Shown one piece after another: positions 36,606 to 48,677 of a stretch of 64,000 bases of DNA (position 1 is the stretch's first letter; every line of letters starts with the position of its first letter). The stretch covers positions 136,896,001 through 136,960,000 of the forward strand of contig OZ024743.1 in the NCBI GenBank assembly GCA_964016885.1, given 5' to 3'. The notes beneath the pieces are model-generated. The model was not told the DNA's origin. It worked only from the letters and a program-made list of their open reading frames with translations, and searched no databases. The position numbers and the translations under genes were made by a program. This stretch comes from Eledone cirrhosa. Its lineage: Eukaryota.

Positions 36606-37860
36606 TGGTGCTTGGTACTTGGTGCTTGGTGCTTCGTGTTAGGTGTTTGGTGCTTGGTGCTTGGTGTTTGGTTTTTGGTGCTTGGTGCTTGGTGTTTGGT
36701 GTTTGGTGCTTGCTGCTGGCTGCTTGGTGTTTGATGCTTGGTGATTGGTGCTTGGTGTTTTGTGCTTGGTGTTTGGTGTTTGGTGCTAGGTGCTTGGTGT
36801 TTGGTGCTTGGTGCTTGGTGCTTGGTGTTTGGTGTTTGGTTTTAGGTGCTTGGTGCTTGGTGTTTGGTGCTTGGTGCTGGGTGGTTGGTGTTTAGTGCTT
36901 GGTGTTTGGTGCTGGGTGCTTGGTGTTTGGTGCTTGGTGCTTGGTCTTTGGTGCTTGGTGTTTGGTGTTTGGTGCTTGGTGCTTGGTGCTTGGTGTTTGG
37001 TGCTTGGTGCTTGGTGTTTGGTGCTTGGTGCTTAGTGTTTGGTGCTTGGTGCTTAGTGTTTGGTGTTTGGTGCTTGGTGCTTGGTGTTTGGTGCTTAGTG
37101 TTTGGTGCTTGGTGCTTGGTGTTTGGTGTTTGCTGTTTGCTGTTTGGTGTTTGTTGTTTGGTGTTTGTTGTTTGGTGTTTGCTGTTTGGTGTTTGGTGTT
37201 TGCTTTTTGGTGTTTGGTGTTTGCTGTATGTTGTTTGGTGTTTGGTGTTTGGTGTTTGGTGTTTGGTGCTTGTTGCTTGGTGTTTGGTGCTTGGTGCTTG
37301 GTGTTTGGTGCCTGGTGCTTGGTGCTTGGTGCTTGGTGTTTGGTGTTTGGTGCTTGGTGCTTGGAGTTTAGTGTTTGGTGCTTGGTGCTTGGTGTTTCGT
37401 GTTTCGTGTTTGGGTTTTGGTGCTTGGTGCTTGGTGCTTGGTCCTTGGTGTTTGGTGCTGGGTGCATTGTGTTTGGTGCTTGGTGCTTGGTGCTTGGTGT
37501 TTGGTGTTTGCTGCTTGGTGTTTGATGCTTGGTGCTTGGTGGTTGGTGTTTTGTGTTTGGTGCTTGGTGGTTGGTGTTTGGTGCTTGGTGCTTGGTGCTT
37601 GGTGTTTGGTTCTTGGTTCTTGGTGTTTGGTGTTTGGCGTTTGGTGTTTGGTGCTTGGTGCTTGGTGTTTGGTGCTTGGTGCTTGGTGTTTGGTGCCTGG
37701 TGCTTGGTGCTTGGTGCTTGGTGTTTGGTGTTTGGTGCTTGGTGCTTGGTGCTTGGAGTTTGGTGTTTGGTGCTTGGTGCTTTGTGTTTTGTGTTTGGTG
37801 TTTGGTTTTTGGTGCTTGGTGCTTGGTCATTGGTGTTTGGTGCTGGGTGCTTTGTGTTTT

Positions 37861-40800
37861 GTGCTTGGTGCTTGGTGTTTGGTGTTTGCTGCTTGGTGTT
37901 TGATGCTTGGTGCTTGGTGCTTGGTGTTTTGTGTTTGGTGCTTGGTGTTTGGTGCTTGGTGCTTGGTACTTGGTGTTTGTACTTGGTGCTTGGTGCTTGG
38001 TGTTTGGTTCTTGGTTCTTGGTGTTTGGTACTTGGTGCTTGGTGCTTGATGTTTGGTGTTTGGTGCTTGGTGTTTGGTGCTTGGTACTTGGTGCTTGGTG
38101 CTTGGTGTTAGGTGTTTGGTGCTTGGTGCTTGGTGTTTGGTTTTTGGTGCTTGGTGCTTTGTGTTTGGTGTTTGGTGCTTGCTGCTGGCTGCTTGGTGTT
38201 TGATGCTTGGTGATTGGTGCTTGGTGTTTTGTGCTTGGTGTTTGGTGTTTGGTGCTAGGTGCTTGGTGTTTGGTGCTTGGTGCTTGGTGCTTGGTGTTTG
38301 GTGTTTGGTGTTAGGTGCTTGATGCTTGGTGTTTGGTGCTTGGTGCTGAGTGGTTGGTGTTTAGTGATTGGTGTTTGGTGCTGGGTGCTTGGTGTTTGGT
38401 GCTTGGTGCTTGGTCTTTGGTGCTTGGTGTTTGGTGTTTGGTGCTTGGTGCTTGGTGCTTGGTGTTTGGTGCTTGGTGCTTGGTGTTTGGTGCTTGGTGC
38501 TTAGTGTTTGGTGCTTGGTGCTTAGTGTTTGGTGCTAGGTGCTTGGTGTTTGGTGCTTGGTGCTTGGTGTTTGGTGCCTGGTGCTTGGTGTTTGGTGTTT
38601 GGTGTTTGGTGCTTGGTGCTTGGTGTTTGGTGTTTGCTGTTTGCTGTTTGGTGTTTGTTGTTTGGTGTTTGTTGTTTGGTGTTTGCTGTTTGGTGTTTGG
38701 TGTTTGCTTTTTGGTGTTTGGTGTTTGCTGTATGTTGTTTGCTGTTTGGTGTTTGGTGTTTGGTGTTTGGTGCTTGGTGCTTGCTGCTGGCTGCTTGGTG
38801 CTTGGTGTTTGGTGCCTGGTGCTTGGTGCTTGGTGCTTGGTGTCTGGTGTTTGGTGCTTGGTGCTTGGAGTTTGGTGTTTGGTGCTTGGTGCTTGGTATT
38901 TTGTGTTTCGTGTTTGGTTTTTGGTGCTTGGTGCTTGGTGCTTGGTCCTTGGTGTTTGGTGCTGGGTGCTTGGTGTTTGGTGCTTGGTGCTTGGTCTTTG
39001 GTGCTTTGTGTTTGGTGCTTGGTGCTTGGTGTTTGGTGCTTGGTGCTTGGTGTTTGGTGCTTGGTGCTTGGTGTTTGGTTTTTGGTGCTTGGTGTTTGGT
39101 GTTTGGTGTTTGGTGCTTGGCTGCTGGCTGCTTGGTGTTTGATGCATGGTGATTTGTGCTTGGTGTTTGGTGCTTGGTGTTTGGTGTTTGATGCTTGGTG
39201 CTTGGTGTTTGGTGTTTGATGCTTGGTGCTTGGTGCTTGGTGCTTGGTGCTTGGTGTTTGGTGCTTGGTGTTTGGTGTTTGGTGCTTGGTGATTGGTGTT
39301 TCTACTTGGTGCTTGGTGCTTGGTTCTTGGTATTTGGTGCTTGGTGCTTGGTGTTTGGTGTTATATGCTTGGTGTTTGATGCTTGGTGCTTGGTGCTTGG
39401 TGTTTGGTGTTTGGTGTTTGATGCTTGGTGCTTGGTGTTTGGTGCTTGGTGCTTGGTGTTTGTACTTGGTACTTGGTGCTTGGTGCTTGGTGTTTGGTGC
39501 TTGGTATTTGGTGCTTGGTGCTTGGTGCATGGTCCTTGGTGCTTGGTGTTTGGTGGTTGGTGTTTGGTGGTTGGTGTTAGGTGTTTGGTGCTTGGTGCTT
39601 GGTGTTTGGTGTTTGGTGCTTGGTGTTTGGTGTTTGGTGCTTGGTGTTTGGTGCTTTGTACTTGGTGCTTGGTGCTTGGTGTTAGGTGTTTGGTGCTTGG
39701 TGTTTGGTGCTTGGTGTTTGGTGCTTGGTGTTTGGTGCTTGGTGTTTGGTGGTGGGTGTTAGGTGTTTGGTGCTTGGTGCTTGGTGTTTGGTGTTTGGTG
39801 CTTGGTGTTTGGTGTTTGGTGCTTGGTGTTTGGTGCTTGGTACTTGGTGCTTGGTGCTTGGTGTTAGGTGTTTGGTGCTTGGTGTTTGGTGCTTGGTGTT
39901 TGGTGCTTGGTGCTTGGTGTTTGGTGCTTGGTGTTTGGTGTTTGGTGCTTGGTCATTGGTGTTTCTACTTGGTGCTTGGTGCTTGGTTCTTGGTGTTTGG
40001 TGCTTGGTGCTTGGTGTTTGGTGTTATATGCTTGGTGTTTGATGCTTGGTGCTTGGTGCTTGGTGTTTGGTGTTTGGTTTTTGATGCTTGGTGCTTGGTG
40101 TTTGGTGCTTGGTGCTTGGTGTTTGTACTTGGTGCTTGGTGCTTGGTGCTTGGTGTTTGGTGCTTGGTATTTGGTGCTTGGTGCTTGGTGCTTGGTCCTT
40201 GGTGCTTGGTGTTTGGTGGTTGGTGTTTGGTGGTTGGTGTTAGGTGTTTGGTGCTTGGTGCTTGGTGTTTGGTGTTTGGTGCTTGGTGTTTGGTGTTTGG
40301 TGCTTGGTGTTTGGTGCTTGGTACTTGGTGCTTGGTGCTTGGTGTTAGGTGTTTGGTGCTTGGTGTTTGGTGCTTGGTGTTTGGTGCTTGGTGCTTGGTG
40401 CTTGGTGCTTGGTGTTTGGTGGTTGGTGTTTGGTGCTTGGTGTTTGGTGCTTGGTGTTACGTGTTTGGTGCTTGGTGCTTGGTGTTTGGTGTTTGGTGCT
40501 TGGTGTTTGGTTTTTGGTGCTTGGTGTTTGGTGCTTTTTGCTTGGTGCTTGGTGCTTGGTGTTTGCTGCTGGGTGTTTGGTGCTTGGTGTTTGGTGTTAT
40601 ATGCTTGGTGTTTGATGCTTGGTGCTTGGTGCTTGGTGTTTGGTGTTTGGTGCTTGGTGTTTGATGCTTGGTGCTTGGTGCTTGGTGTTTGGTGCTTGGT
40701 GCTTGGTGTTTGGTGCTTGGTGCTTGGTGTTTGGTGCTTGGTGTTTGGTGCTTGGTGTTTGGTGCTTGGTGCTTGGTGCTTGGTGCTTGGTGTTTGGTGT

Positions 40801-43800
40801 TTGGTGCTTGGTGTTTGGTGCTTGGTACTTGGTGCTTGGTGCTTGGTGTTAGGTGTTTGGTGCTTGGTGCTTGGTGTCTGGTATTTGGTGCTTGGTGCTT
40901 GGTGTTTGGTGCTTGCTGCTGGCTGCTTGGTGTTTGGTGCTTGGTGATTGGTGCTTGGTGTTTGGTGTTTGGTGCTAGGTGCTTGGTGTTTGGTGCTTGG
41001 TGCTTGGTGTTTGTACTTGGTGCTTGGTGCTTGGTTCTTGGTGTTTGGTGCTTCGTGCTTGGTGTTTGGTGCTTGGTGCTTGGTGTTTGGTGCTTGGTGT
41101 TTGGTGCTTGGTGTTTGGTGCTTGGTGCTTGGTGCTTGGTGTTTGGTGCTTGGTGTTTGGTGCTTGGTGTTAGGTGTTTGGTGCTTGGTGCTTGGTGTTT
41201 GGTGTTTGGTGCTTGGTGTTTGGTGTTTGGTGTTATATGCTTGGTGTTTGATGCTTGGTGCTTGGTGCTTGGTGTTTGGCGCTTGGTGTTTGATGCTTGG
41301 TGCTTGGTGCTTGGTGTTTGGTGCTTGGTGCTTGGTGTTTGTACTTGGTGCTTGGTGCTTGGTTCTTGGTGTTTGGTGCCTGGTGTTTGGTGTTTGGTGC
41401 TGGTTGCTTGGTGTTTGGTGCTTGGTGCTTGGTGTTTGGTGACTGGTGCTTGGTGCTTGGTGCTTGGTGTTTGGTGTTTGGTGCTTGGTGCTTGGAGTTT
41501 GGTGTTTGGTGCTTGGTGCTTGGTGTTTCGTGTTTCGTGTTTGGTTTTTGGTGCTTGGTGCTTGGTGCTTGGTCCTTGGTGTTTGGTGCTGGGTGCATTG
41601 TGTTTGGTGCTTGGTGCTTGGTGCTTGGTGTTTGGTGTTTGCTGCTTGGTGTTTGATGCTTGGTGCTTGGTGGTTGGTGTTTTGTGTTTGGTGCTTGGTG
41701 CTTGGTGTTTGGTTCTTGGTTCTTGGATTTTGGTGTTTGGCGTTTGGTGTTTGGTGCTTGGTGCTTGGTGTTTGGTGCTTGGTGCTTGGTGTTTGGTGCC
41801 TGGTGCTTGGTGCTTGGTGCTTGGTGTTTGGTGTTTGGTGCTTGGTGCTTGGTGCTTGGAGTTTGGTGTTTGGTGCTTGGTGCTTTGTGTTTTGTGTTTG
41901 GTGTTTGGTTTTTGGTGCTTGGTGCTTGGTCATTGGTGTTTGGTGCTGGGTGCTTTGTGTTTTGTGCTTGGTGCTTGGTGTTTGGTGTTTGCTGCTTGGT
42001 GTTTGATGCTTGGTGCTTGGTGCTTGGTGTTTTGTGTTTGGTGCTTGGTTCTTGGTGTTTGGTGCTTGGTGCTTGGTACTTGGTGTTTGTACTTGGTGCT
42101 TGGTGCTTGGTGTTTGGTTCTTGGTTCTTGGTGTTTGGTACTTGGTGCTTGGTGCTCGATGTTTGGTGTTTGGTGCTTGGTGTTTGGTGCTTGGTACTTG
42201 GTGCTTGGTGCTTGGGGTTAGGTGTTTGGTGCTTGGTGCTTGGTGTTTGGTTTTTGGTGCTTGCTCCTGGCTGCTTGGTGTTTGATGCTTGGTGATTGGT
42301 GCTTGGTGTTTTGTGCTTGGTGTTTGGTGTTTGGTGCTAGGTGCTTGGTGTTTGGTGCTTGGTGCTTGGTGCTTGGTGTTTGGTGTTTGGTGTTAGGTGC
42401 TTCATGCTTGGTGTTTGGTGCTTGGTGCTGAGTGGTTGGTGTTTAGTGCTTGGTGTTTGGTGCTGGGTGCTTGGTGTTTGGTGCTTGGTGCTTGGTCTTT
42501 GGTGCTTGGTGTTTGGTGTTTGGTGCTTGGTGCTTGGTGCTTGGTGTTTGGTGCTTGGTGCTTGGTGTTTGGTGCTTGGTGCTTAGTGTTTGGTGCTTGG
42601 TGCTTGGTGTTTGGTGCTTGGTGCTTGGTGTTTGGTGCCTGGTGCTTGGTGTTTTGTATTTGGTGTTTGGTGCTTGGTGCTTGGTGTTTGGTGTTTGCTG
42701 CTTGGTGTTTGATGCTTGGTGCTTGGTGCTTGGTGTTTTGTGTTTGGTGCTTGGTGTTTGGTGCTTGGTGCTTGGTACTTGGTGTTTGTACTTGGTGCTT
42801 GGTGCTTGGTGTTTGGTTCTTGGTTCTTGGTGTTTGGTACTTGGTGCTTGGTGCTTGATGTTTGGTGTTTGGTGCTTGGTGTTTGGTGCTTGGTACTTGG
42901 TGCTTGGTGCTTGGTGTTAGGTGTTTGGTGCTTGGTGCTTGGTGTTTGGTTTTTGGTGCTTGGTGCTTTGTGTTTGGTGTTTGGTGCTTGCTGCTGGCTG
43001 CTTGGTGTTTGATGCTTGGTGATTGGTGCTTGGTGTTTTGTGCTTGGTGTTTGGTGTTTGGTGCTAGGTGCTTGGTGTTTGGTGCTTGGTGCTTGGTGCT
43101 TGGTGTTTGGTGTTTGGTGTTAGGTGCTTGATGCTTGGTGTTTGGTGCTTGGTGCTGAGTGGTTGGTGTTTAGTGATTGGTGTTTGGTGCTGGGTGCTTG
43201 GTGTTTGGTGCTTGGTGCTTGGTCTTTGGTGCTTGGTGTTTGGTGTTTGGTGCTTGGTGCTTGGTGCTTGGTGTTTGGTGCTTGGTGCTTGGTGTTTGGT
43301 GCTTGGTGCTTAGTGTTTGGTGCTTGGTGCTTAGTGTTTGGTGCTAGGTGCTTGGTGTTTGGTGCTTGGTGCTTGGTGTTTGGTGCCTGGTGCTTGGTGT
43401 TTGGTGTTTGGTGTTTGGTGCTTGGTGCTTGGTGTTTGGTGTTTGCTGTTTGCTGTTTGGTGTTTGTTGTTTGGTGTTTGTTGTTTGGTGTTTGCTGTTT
43501 GGTGTTTGGTGTTTGCTTTTTGGTGTTTGGTGTTTGCTGTATGTTGTTTGCTGTTTGGTGTTTGGTGTTTGGTGTTTGGTGCTTGGTGCTTGCTGCTGGC
43601 TGCTTGGTGCTTGGTGTTTGGTGCCTGGTGCTTGGTGCTTGGTGCTTGGTGTCTGGTGTTTGGTGCTTGGTGCTTGGAGTTTGGTGTTTGGTGCTTGGTG
43701 CTTGGTATTTTGTGTTTCGTGTTTGGTTTTTGGTGCTTGGTGCTTGGTGCTTGGTCCTTGGTGTTTGGTGCTGGGTGCTTGGTGTTTGGTGCTTGGTGCT

Positions 43801-46800
43801 TGGTCTTTGGTGCTTTGTGTTTGGTGCTTGGTGCTTGGTGTTTGGTGCTTGGTGCTTGGTGTTTGGTGCTTGGTGCTTGGTGTTTGGTTTTTGGTGCTTG
43901 GTGTTTGGTGTTTGGTGTTTGTTGCTTGGCTGCTGGCTGCTTGGTGTTTGATGCATGGTGATTTGTGCTTGGTGTTTGGTGCTTGGTGTTTGGTGTTTGA
44001 TGCTTGGTGCTTGGTGTTTGGTGTTTGATGCTTGGTGCTTGGTGCTTGGTGCTTGGTGCTTGGTGTTTGGTGCTTGGTGTTTGGTGTTTGGTGCTTGGTG
44101 ATTGGTGTTTCTACTTGGTGCTTGGTGCTTGGTTCTTGGTATTTGGTGCTTGGTGCTTGGTGTTTGGTGTTATATGCTTGGTGTTTGATGCTTGGTGCTT
44201 GGTGCTTGGTGTTTGGTGTTTGGTGTTTGATGCTTGGTGCTTGGTGTTTGGTGCTTGGTGCTTGGTGTTTGTACTTGGTACTTGGTGCTTGGTGCTTGGT
44301 GTTTGGTGCTTGGTATTTGGTGCTTGGTGCTTGGTGCATGGTCCTTGGTGCTTGGTGTTTGGTGGTTGGTGTTTGGTGGTTGGTGTTAGGTGTTTGGTGC
44401 TTGGTGCTTGGTGTTTGGTGTTTGGTGCTTGGTGTTTGGTGTTTGGTGCTTGGTGTTTGGTGCTTGGTACTTGGTGCTTGGTGCTTGGTGTTAGGTGTTT
44501 GGTGCTTGGTGTTTGGTGCTTGGTGTTTGGTGCTTGGTGTTTGGTGCTTGGTGTTTGGTGGTGGGTGTTAGGTGTTTGGTGCTTGGTGCTTGGTGTTTGG
44601 TGTTTGGTGCTTGGTGTTTGGTGTTTGGTGCTTGGTGTTTGGTGCTTGGTACTTGGTGCTTGGTGCTTGGTGTTAGGTGTTTGGTGCTTGGTGTTTGGTG
44701 CTTGGTGTTTGGTGCTTGGTGCTTGGTGTTTGGTGCTTGGTGTTTGGTGTTTGGTGCTTGGTCATTGGTGTTTCTACTTGGTGCTTGGTGCTTGGTTCTT
44801 GGTGTTTGGTGCTTGGTGCTTGGTGTTTGGTGTTATATGCTTGGTGTTTGATGCTTGGTGCTTGGTGCTTGGTGTTTGGTGTTTGGTTTTTGATGCTTGG
44901 TGCTTGGTGTTTGGTGCTTGGTGCTTGGTGTTTGTACTTGGTGCTTGGTGCTTGGTGCTTGTTGTTTGGTGCTTGGTATTTGGTGCTTGGTGCTTGGTGC
45001 TTGGTCCTTGGTGCTTGGTGTTTGGTGGTTGGTGTTTGGTGGTTGGTGTTAGGTGTTTGGTGCTTGGTGCTTGGTGTTTGGTGTTTGGTGCTTGGTGTTT
45101 GGTGTTTGGTGCTTGGTGTTTGGTGCTTGGTACTTGGTGCTTGGTGCTTGGTGTTAGGTGTTTGGTGCTTGGTGTTTGGTGCTTGGTGTTTGGTGCTTGG
45201 TGCTTGGTGCTTGGTGCTTGGTGTTTGGTGGTTGGTGTTTGGTGCTTGGTGTTTGGTGCTTGGTGTTACGTGTTTGGTGCTTGGTGCTTGGTGTTTGGTG
45301 TTTGGTGCTTGGTGTTTGGTTTTTGGTGCTTGGTGTTTGGTGCTTTTTGCTTGGTGCTTGGTGCTTGGTGTTTGGTGCTGGGTGTTTGGTGCTTGGTGTT
45401 TGGTGTTATATGCTTGGTGTTTGATGCTTGGTGCTTGGTGCTTGGTGTTTGGTGTTTGGTGCTTGGTGTTTGATGCTTGGTGCTTGGTGCTTGGTGTTTG
45501 GTGCTTGGTGCTTGGTGTTTGGTGCTTGGTGCTTGGTGTTTGGTGCTTGGTGTTTGGTGCTTGGTGTTTGGTGCTTGGTGCTTGGTGCTTGGTGCTTGGT
45601 GTTTGGTGTTTGGTGCTTGGTGTTTGGTGCTTGGTACTTGGTGCTTGGTGCTTGGTGTTAGGTGTTTGGTGCTTGGTGCTTGGTGTCTGGTATTTGGTGC
45701 TTGGTGCTTGGTGTTTGGTGCTTGCTGCTGGCTGCTTGGTGTTTGGTGCTTGGTGATTGGTGCTTGGTGTTTGGTGTTTGGTGCTAGGTGCTTGGTGTTT
45801 GGTGCTTGGTGCTTGGTGTTTGTACTTGGTGCTTGGTGCTTGGTTCTTGGTGTTTGGTGCTTCGTGCTTGGTGTTTGGTGCTTGGTGCTTGGTGTTTGGT
45901 GCTTGGTGTTTGGTGCTTGGTGTTTGGTGCTTGGTGCTTGGTGCTTGGTGTTTGGTGCTTGGTGTTTGGTGCTTGGTGTTAGGTGTTTGGTGCTTGGTGC
46001 TTGGTGTTTGGTGTTTGGTGCTTGGTGTTTGGTGTTTGGTGTTATATGCTTGGTGTTTGATGCTTGGTGCTTGGTGCTTGGTGTTTGGCGCTTGGTGTTT
46101 GATGCTTGGTGCTTGGTGCTTGGTGTTTGGTGCTTGGTGCTTGGTGTTTGTACTTGGTGCTTGGTGCTTGGTTCTTGGTGTTTGGTGCCTGGTGTTTGGT
46201 GTTTGGTGCTGGTTGCTTGGTGTTTGGTGCTTGGTGCTTGGTGTTTGGTGACTGGTGCTTGGTGCTTGGTGCTTGGTGTTTGGTGTTTGGTGCTTGGTGC
46301 TTGGAGTTTGGTGTTTGGTGCTTGGTGCTTGGTGTTTCGTGTTTCGTGTTTGGTTTTTGGTGCTTGGTGCTTGGTGCTTGGTCCTTGGTGTTTGGTGCTG
46401 GGTGCATTGTGTTTGGTGCTTGGTGCTTGGTGCTTGGTGTTTGGTGTTTGCTGCTTGGTGTTTGATGCTTGGTGCTTGGTGGTTGGTGTTTTGTGTTTGG
46501 TGCTTGGTGCTTGGTGTTTGGTGCTTGGTGCTTGGTGCTTGGTGTTTGGTTCTTGGTTCTTGGATTTTGGTGTTTGGCGTTTGGTGTTTGGTGCTTGGTG
46601 CTTGGTGTTTGGTGCTTGGTGCTTGGTGTTTGGTGCCTGGTGCTTGGTGCTTGGTGCTTGGTGTTTGGTGTTTGGTGCTTGGTGCTTGGTGCTTGGAGTT
46701 TGGTGTTTGGTGCTTGGTGCTTTGTGTTTTGTGTTTGGTGTTTGGTTTTTGGTGCTTGGTGCTTGGTCATTGGTGTTTGGTGCTGGGTGCTTTGTGTTTT

Positions 46801-47537
46801 GTGCTTGGTGCTTGGTGTTTGGTGTTTGCTGCTTGGTGTTTGATGCTTGGTGCTTGGTGCTTGGTGTTTTGTGTTTGGTGCTTGGTTCTTGGTGTTTGGT
46901 GCTTGGTGCTTGGTACTTGGTGTTTGTACTTGGTGCTTGGTGCTTGGTGTTTGGTTCTTGGTTCTTGGTGTTTGGTACTTGGTGCTTGGTGCTCGATGTT
47001 TGGTGTTTGGTGCTTGGTGTTTGGTGCTTGGTACTTGGTGCTTGGTGCTTGGGGTTAGGTGTTTGGTGCTTGGTGCTTGGTGTTTGGTTTTTGGTGCTTG
47101 CTCCTGGCTGCTTGGTGTTTGATGCTTGGTGATTGGTGCTTGGTGTTTTGTGCTTGGTGTTTGGTGTTTGGTGCTAGGTGCTTGGTGTTTGGTGCTTGGT
47201 GCTTGGTGCTTGGTGTTTGGTGTTTGGTGTTAGGTGCTTCATGCTTGGTGTTTGGTGCTTGGTGCTGAGTGGTTGGTGTTTAGTGCTTGGTGTTTGGTGC
47301 TGGGTGCTTGGTGTTTGGTGCTTGGTGCTTGGTCTTTGGTGCTTGGTGTTTGGTGTTTGGTGCTTGGTGCTTGGTGCTTGGTGTTTGGTGCTTGGTGCTT
47401 GGTGTTTGGTGCTTGGTGCTTAGTGTTTGGTGCTTGGTGCTTGGTGTTTGGTGCTTGGTGCTTGGTGTTTGGTGCCTGGTGCTTGGTGTTTTGTATTTGG
47501 TGTTTGGTGCTTGGTGCTTGGTGTTTGGTGTTTGCTG
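37861..47537. repeat. Two-copy tandem duplication, unit ~4.8 kb (offset 4,809 then 4,837), junction ~42670-42700
   Basis: ORF pairs 38311/43120, 39195/44004 and 40668/45477 are offset 4809; pairs 42010/46847 and 42397/47234 are offset 4837. A 28-bp (4-monomer) indel lies at ~41700/~46520. Shared rare variants include TGAGTGG, TCGATGT, TTCATGC and TTGGATT. Confidence 0.9.
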
Positions 47538-48677
47538 TTTGCTGTTTGGTGTTTGTTGTTTGGTGTTTGTTGTTTGGTGTTTGCTGTTTGGTGTTTGGTG
47601 TTTGCTGTATGTTGTTTGCTGTTTGGTGTTTGGTGTTTGGTGTTTGGTGCTTGGTGCTTGCTGCTGGCTGCTTGGTGCTTGGTGTTTGGTGCCTGGTGCT
47701 TGGTGCTTGGTGCTTGGTGTTTGGTGTTTGGTGCTTGGTGCTTGGAGTTTGGTGTTTGGTGCTTGGTGCTTGGTATTTCGTGTTTCGTGTTTGGTTTTTG
47801 GTGCTTGGTGCTTGGTGCTTGGTCCTTGGTGTTTGGTGCTGGGTGCTTGGTGTTTGGTGCTTGGTGCTTGGTCTTTGGTGCTTTGTGTTTGGTGCTTGGT
47901 GCTTGGTGTTTGGTGCTTGGTGCTTGGTGTTTGGTGCTTGGTGCTTGGTGTTTGGTTTTTGGTGCTTGGTGTTTGGTGTTTGGTGTTTGGTGCTTGCTGC
48001 TGGCTGCTTGGTGTTTGATGCATGGTGATTTGTGCTTGGTGTTTGGTGCTTGGTGTTTGGTGTTTGATGCTTGGTGCTTGGTGTTTGGTGTTTGATGCTT
48101 GGTGCTTGGTGCTTGTTGCTTGGTGCTTGGTGTTTGGTGCTTGGTGTTTGGTGTTTGATGCTTGTTGATTGGTGTTTCTACTTGGTGCTTGGTGCTTGGT
48201 TCTTGGTATTTGGTGCTTGGTGCTTGGTGTTTGGTGTTATATGCTTGGTGTTTGATGCTTGGTGCTTGGTGCTTGGTGTTTGGTGTTTGGTGTTTGATGC
48301 TTGGTGCTTGGTGTTTGGTGCTTGGTGCTTGGTGTTTGTACTTGGTGCTTGGTGCTTGGTGCTTGGTGTTTGGTGCTTGGTATTTGGTGCTTGGTGCTTG
48401 GTGCTTGGTCCTTGGTGCTTGGTGTTTGGTGGTTGGTGTTTGGTGGTTGGTGTTAGGTGTTTGGTGCTTGGTGCTTGGTGTTTGGTGTTTGGTGCTTGGT
48501 GTTTGGTGTTTGGTGCTTGGTGTTTGGTGCTTGGTACTTGGTGCTTGGTGCTTGGTGTTAGGTGTTTGGTGCTTGGTGTTTGGTGCTTGGTGTTTGGTGC
48601 TTGGTGCTTGGTGCTTGGTGTTTGGTGGTTGGTATTTGGTGCTTGGTGTTTGGTGCTTGGTGTTACGTGTTTGGTGC

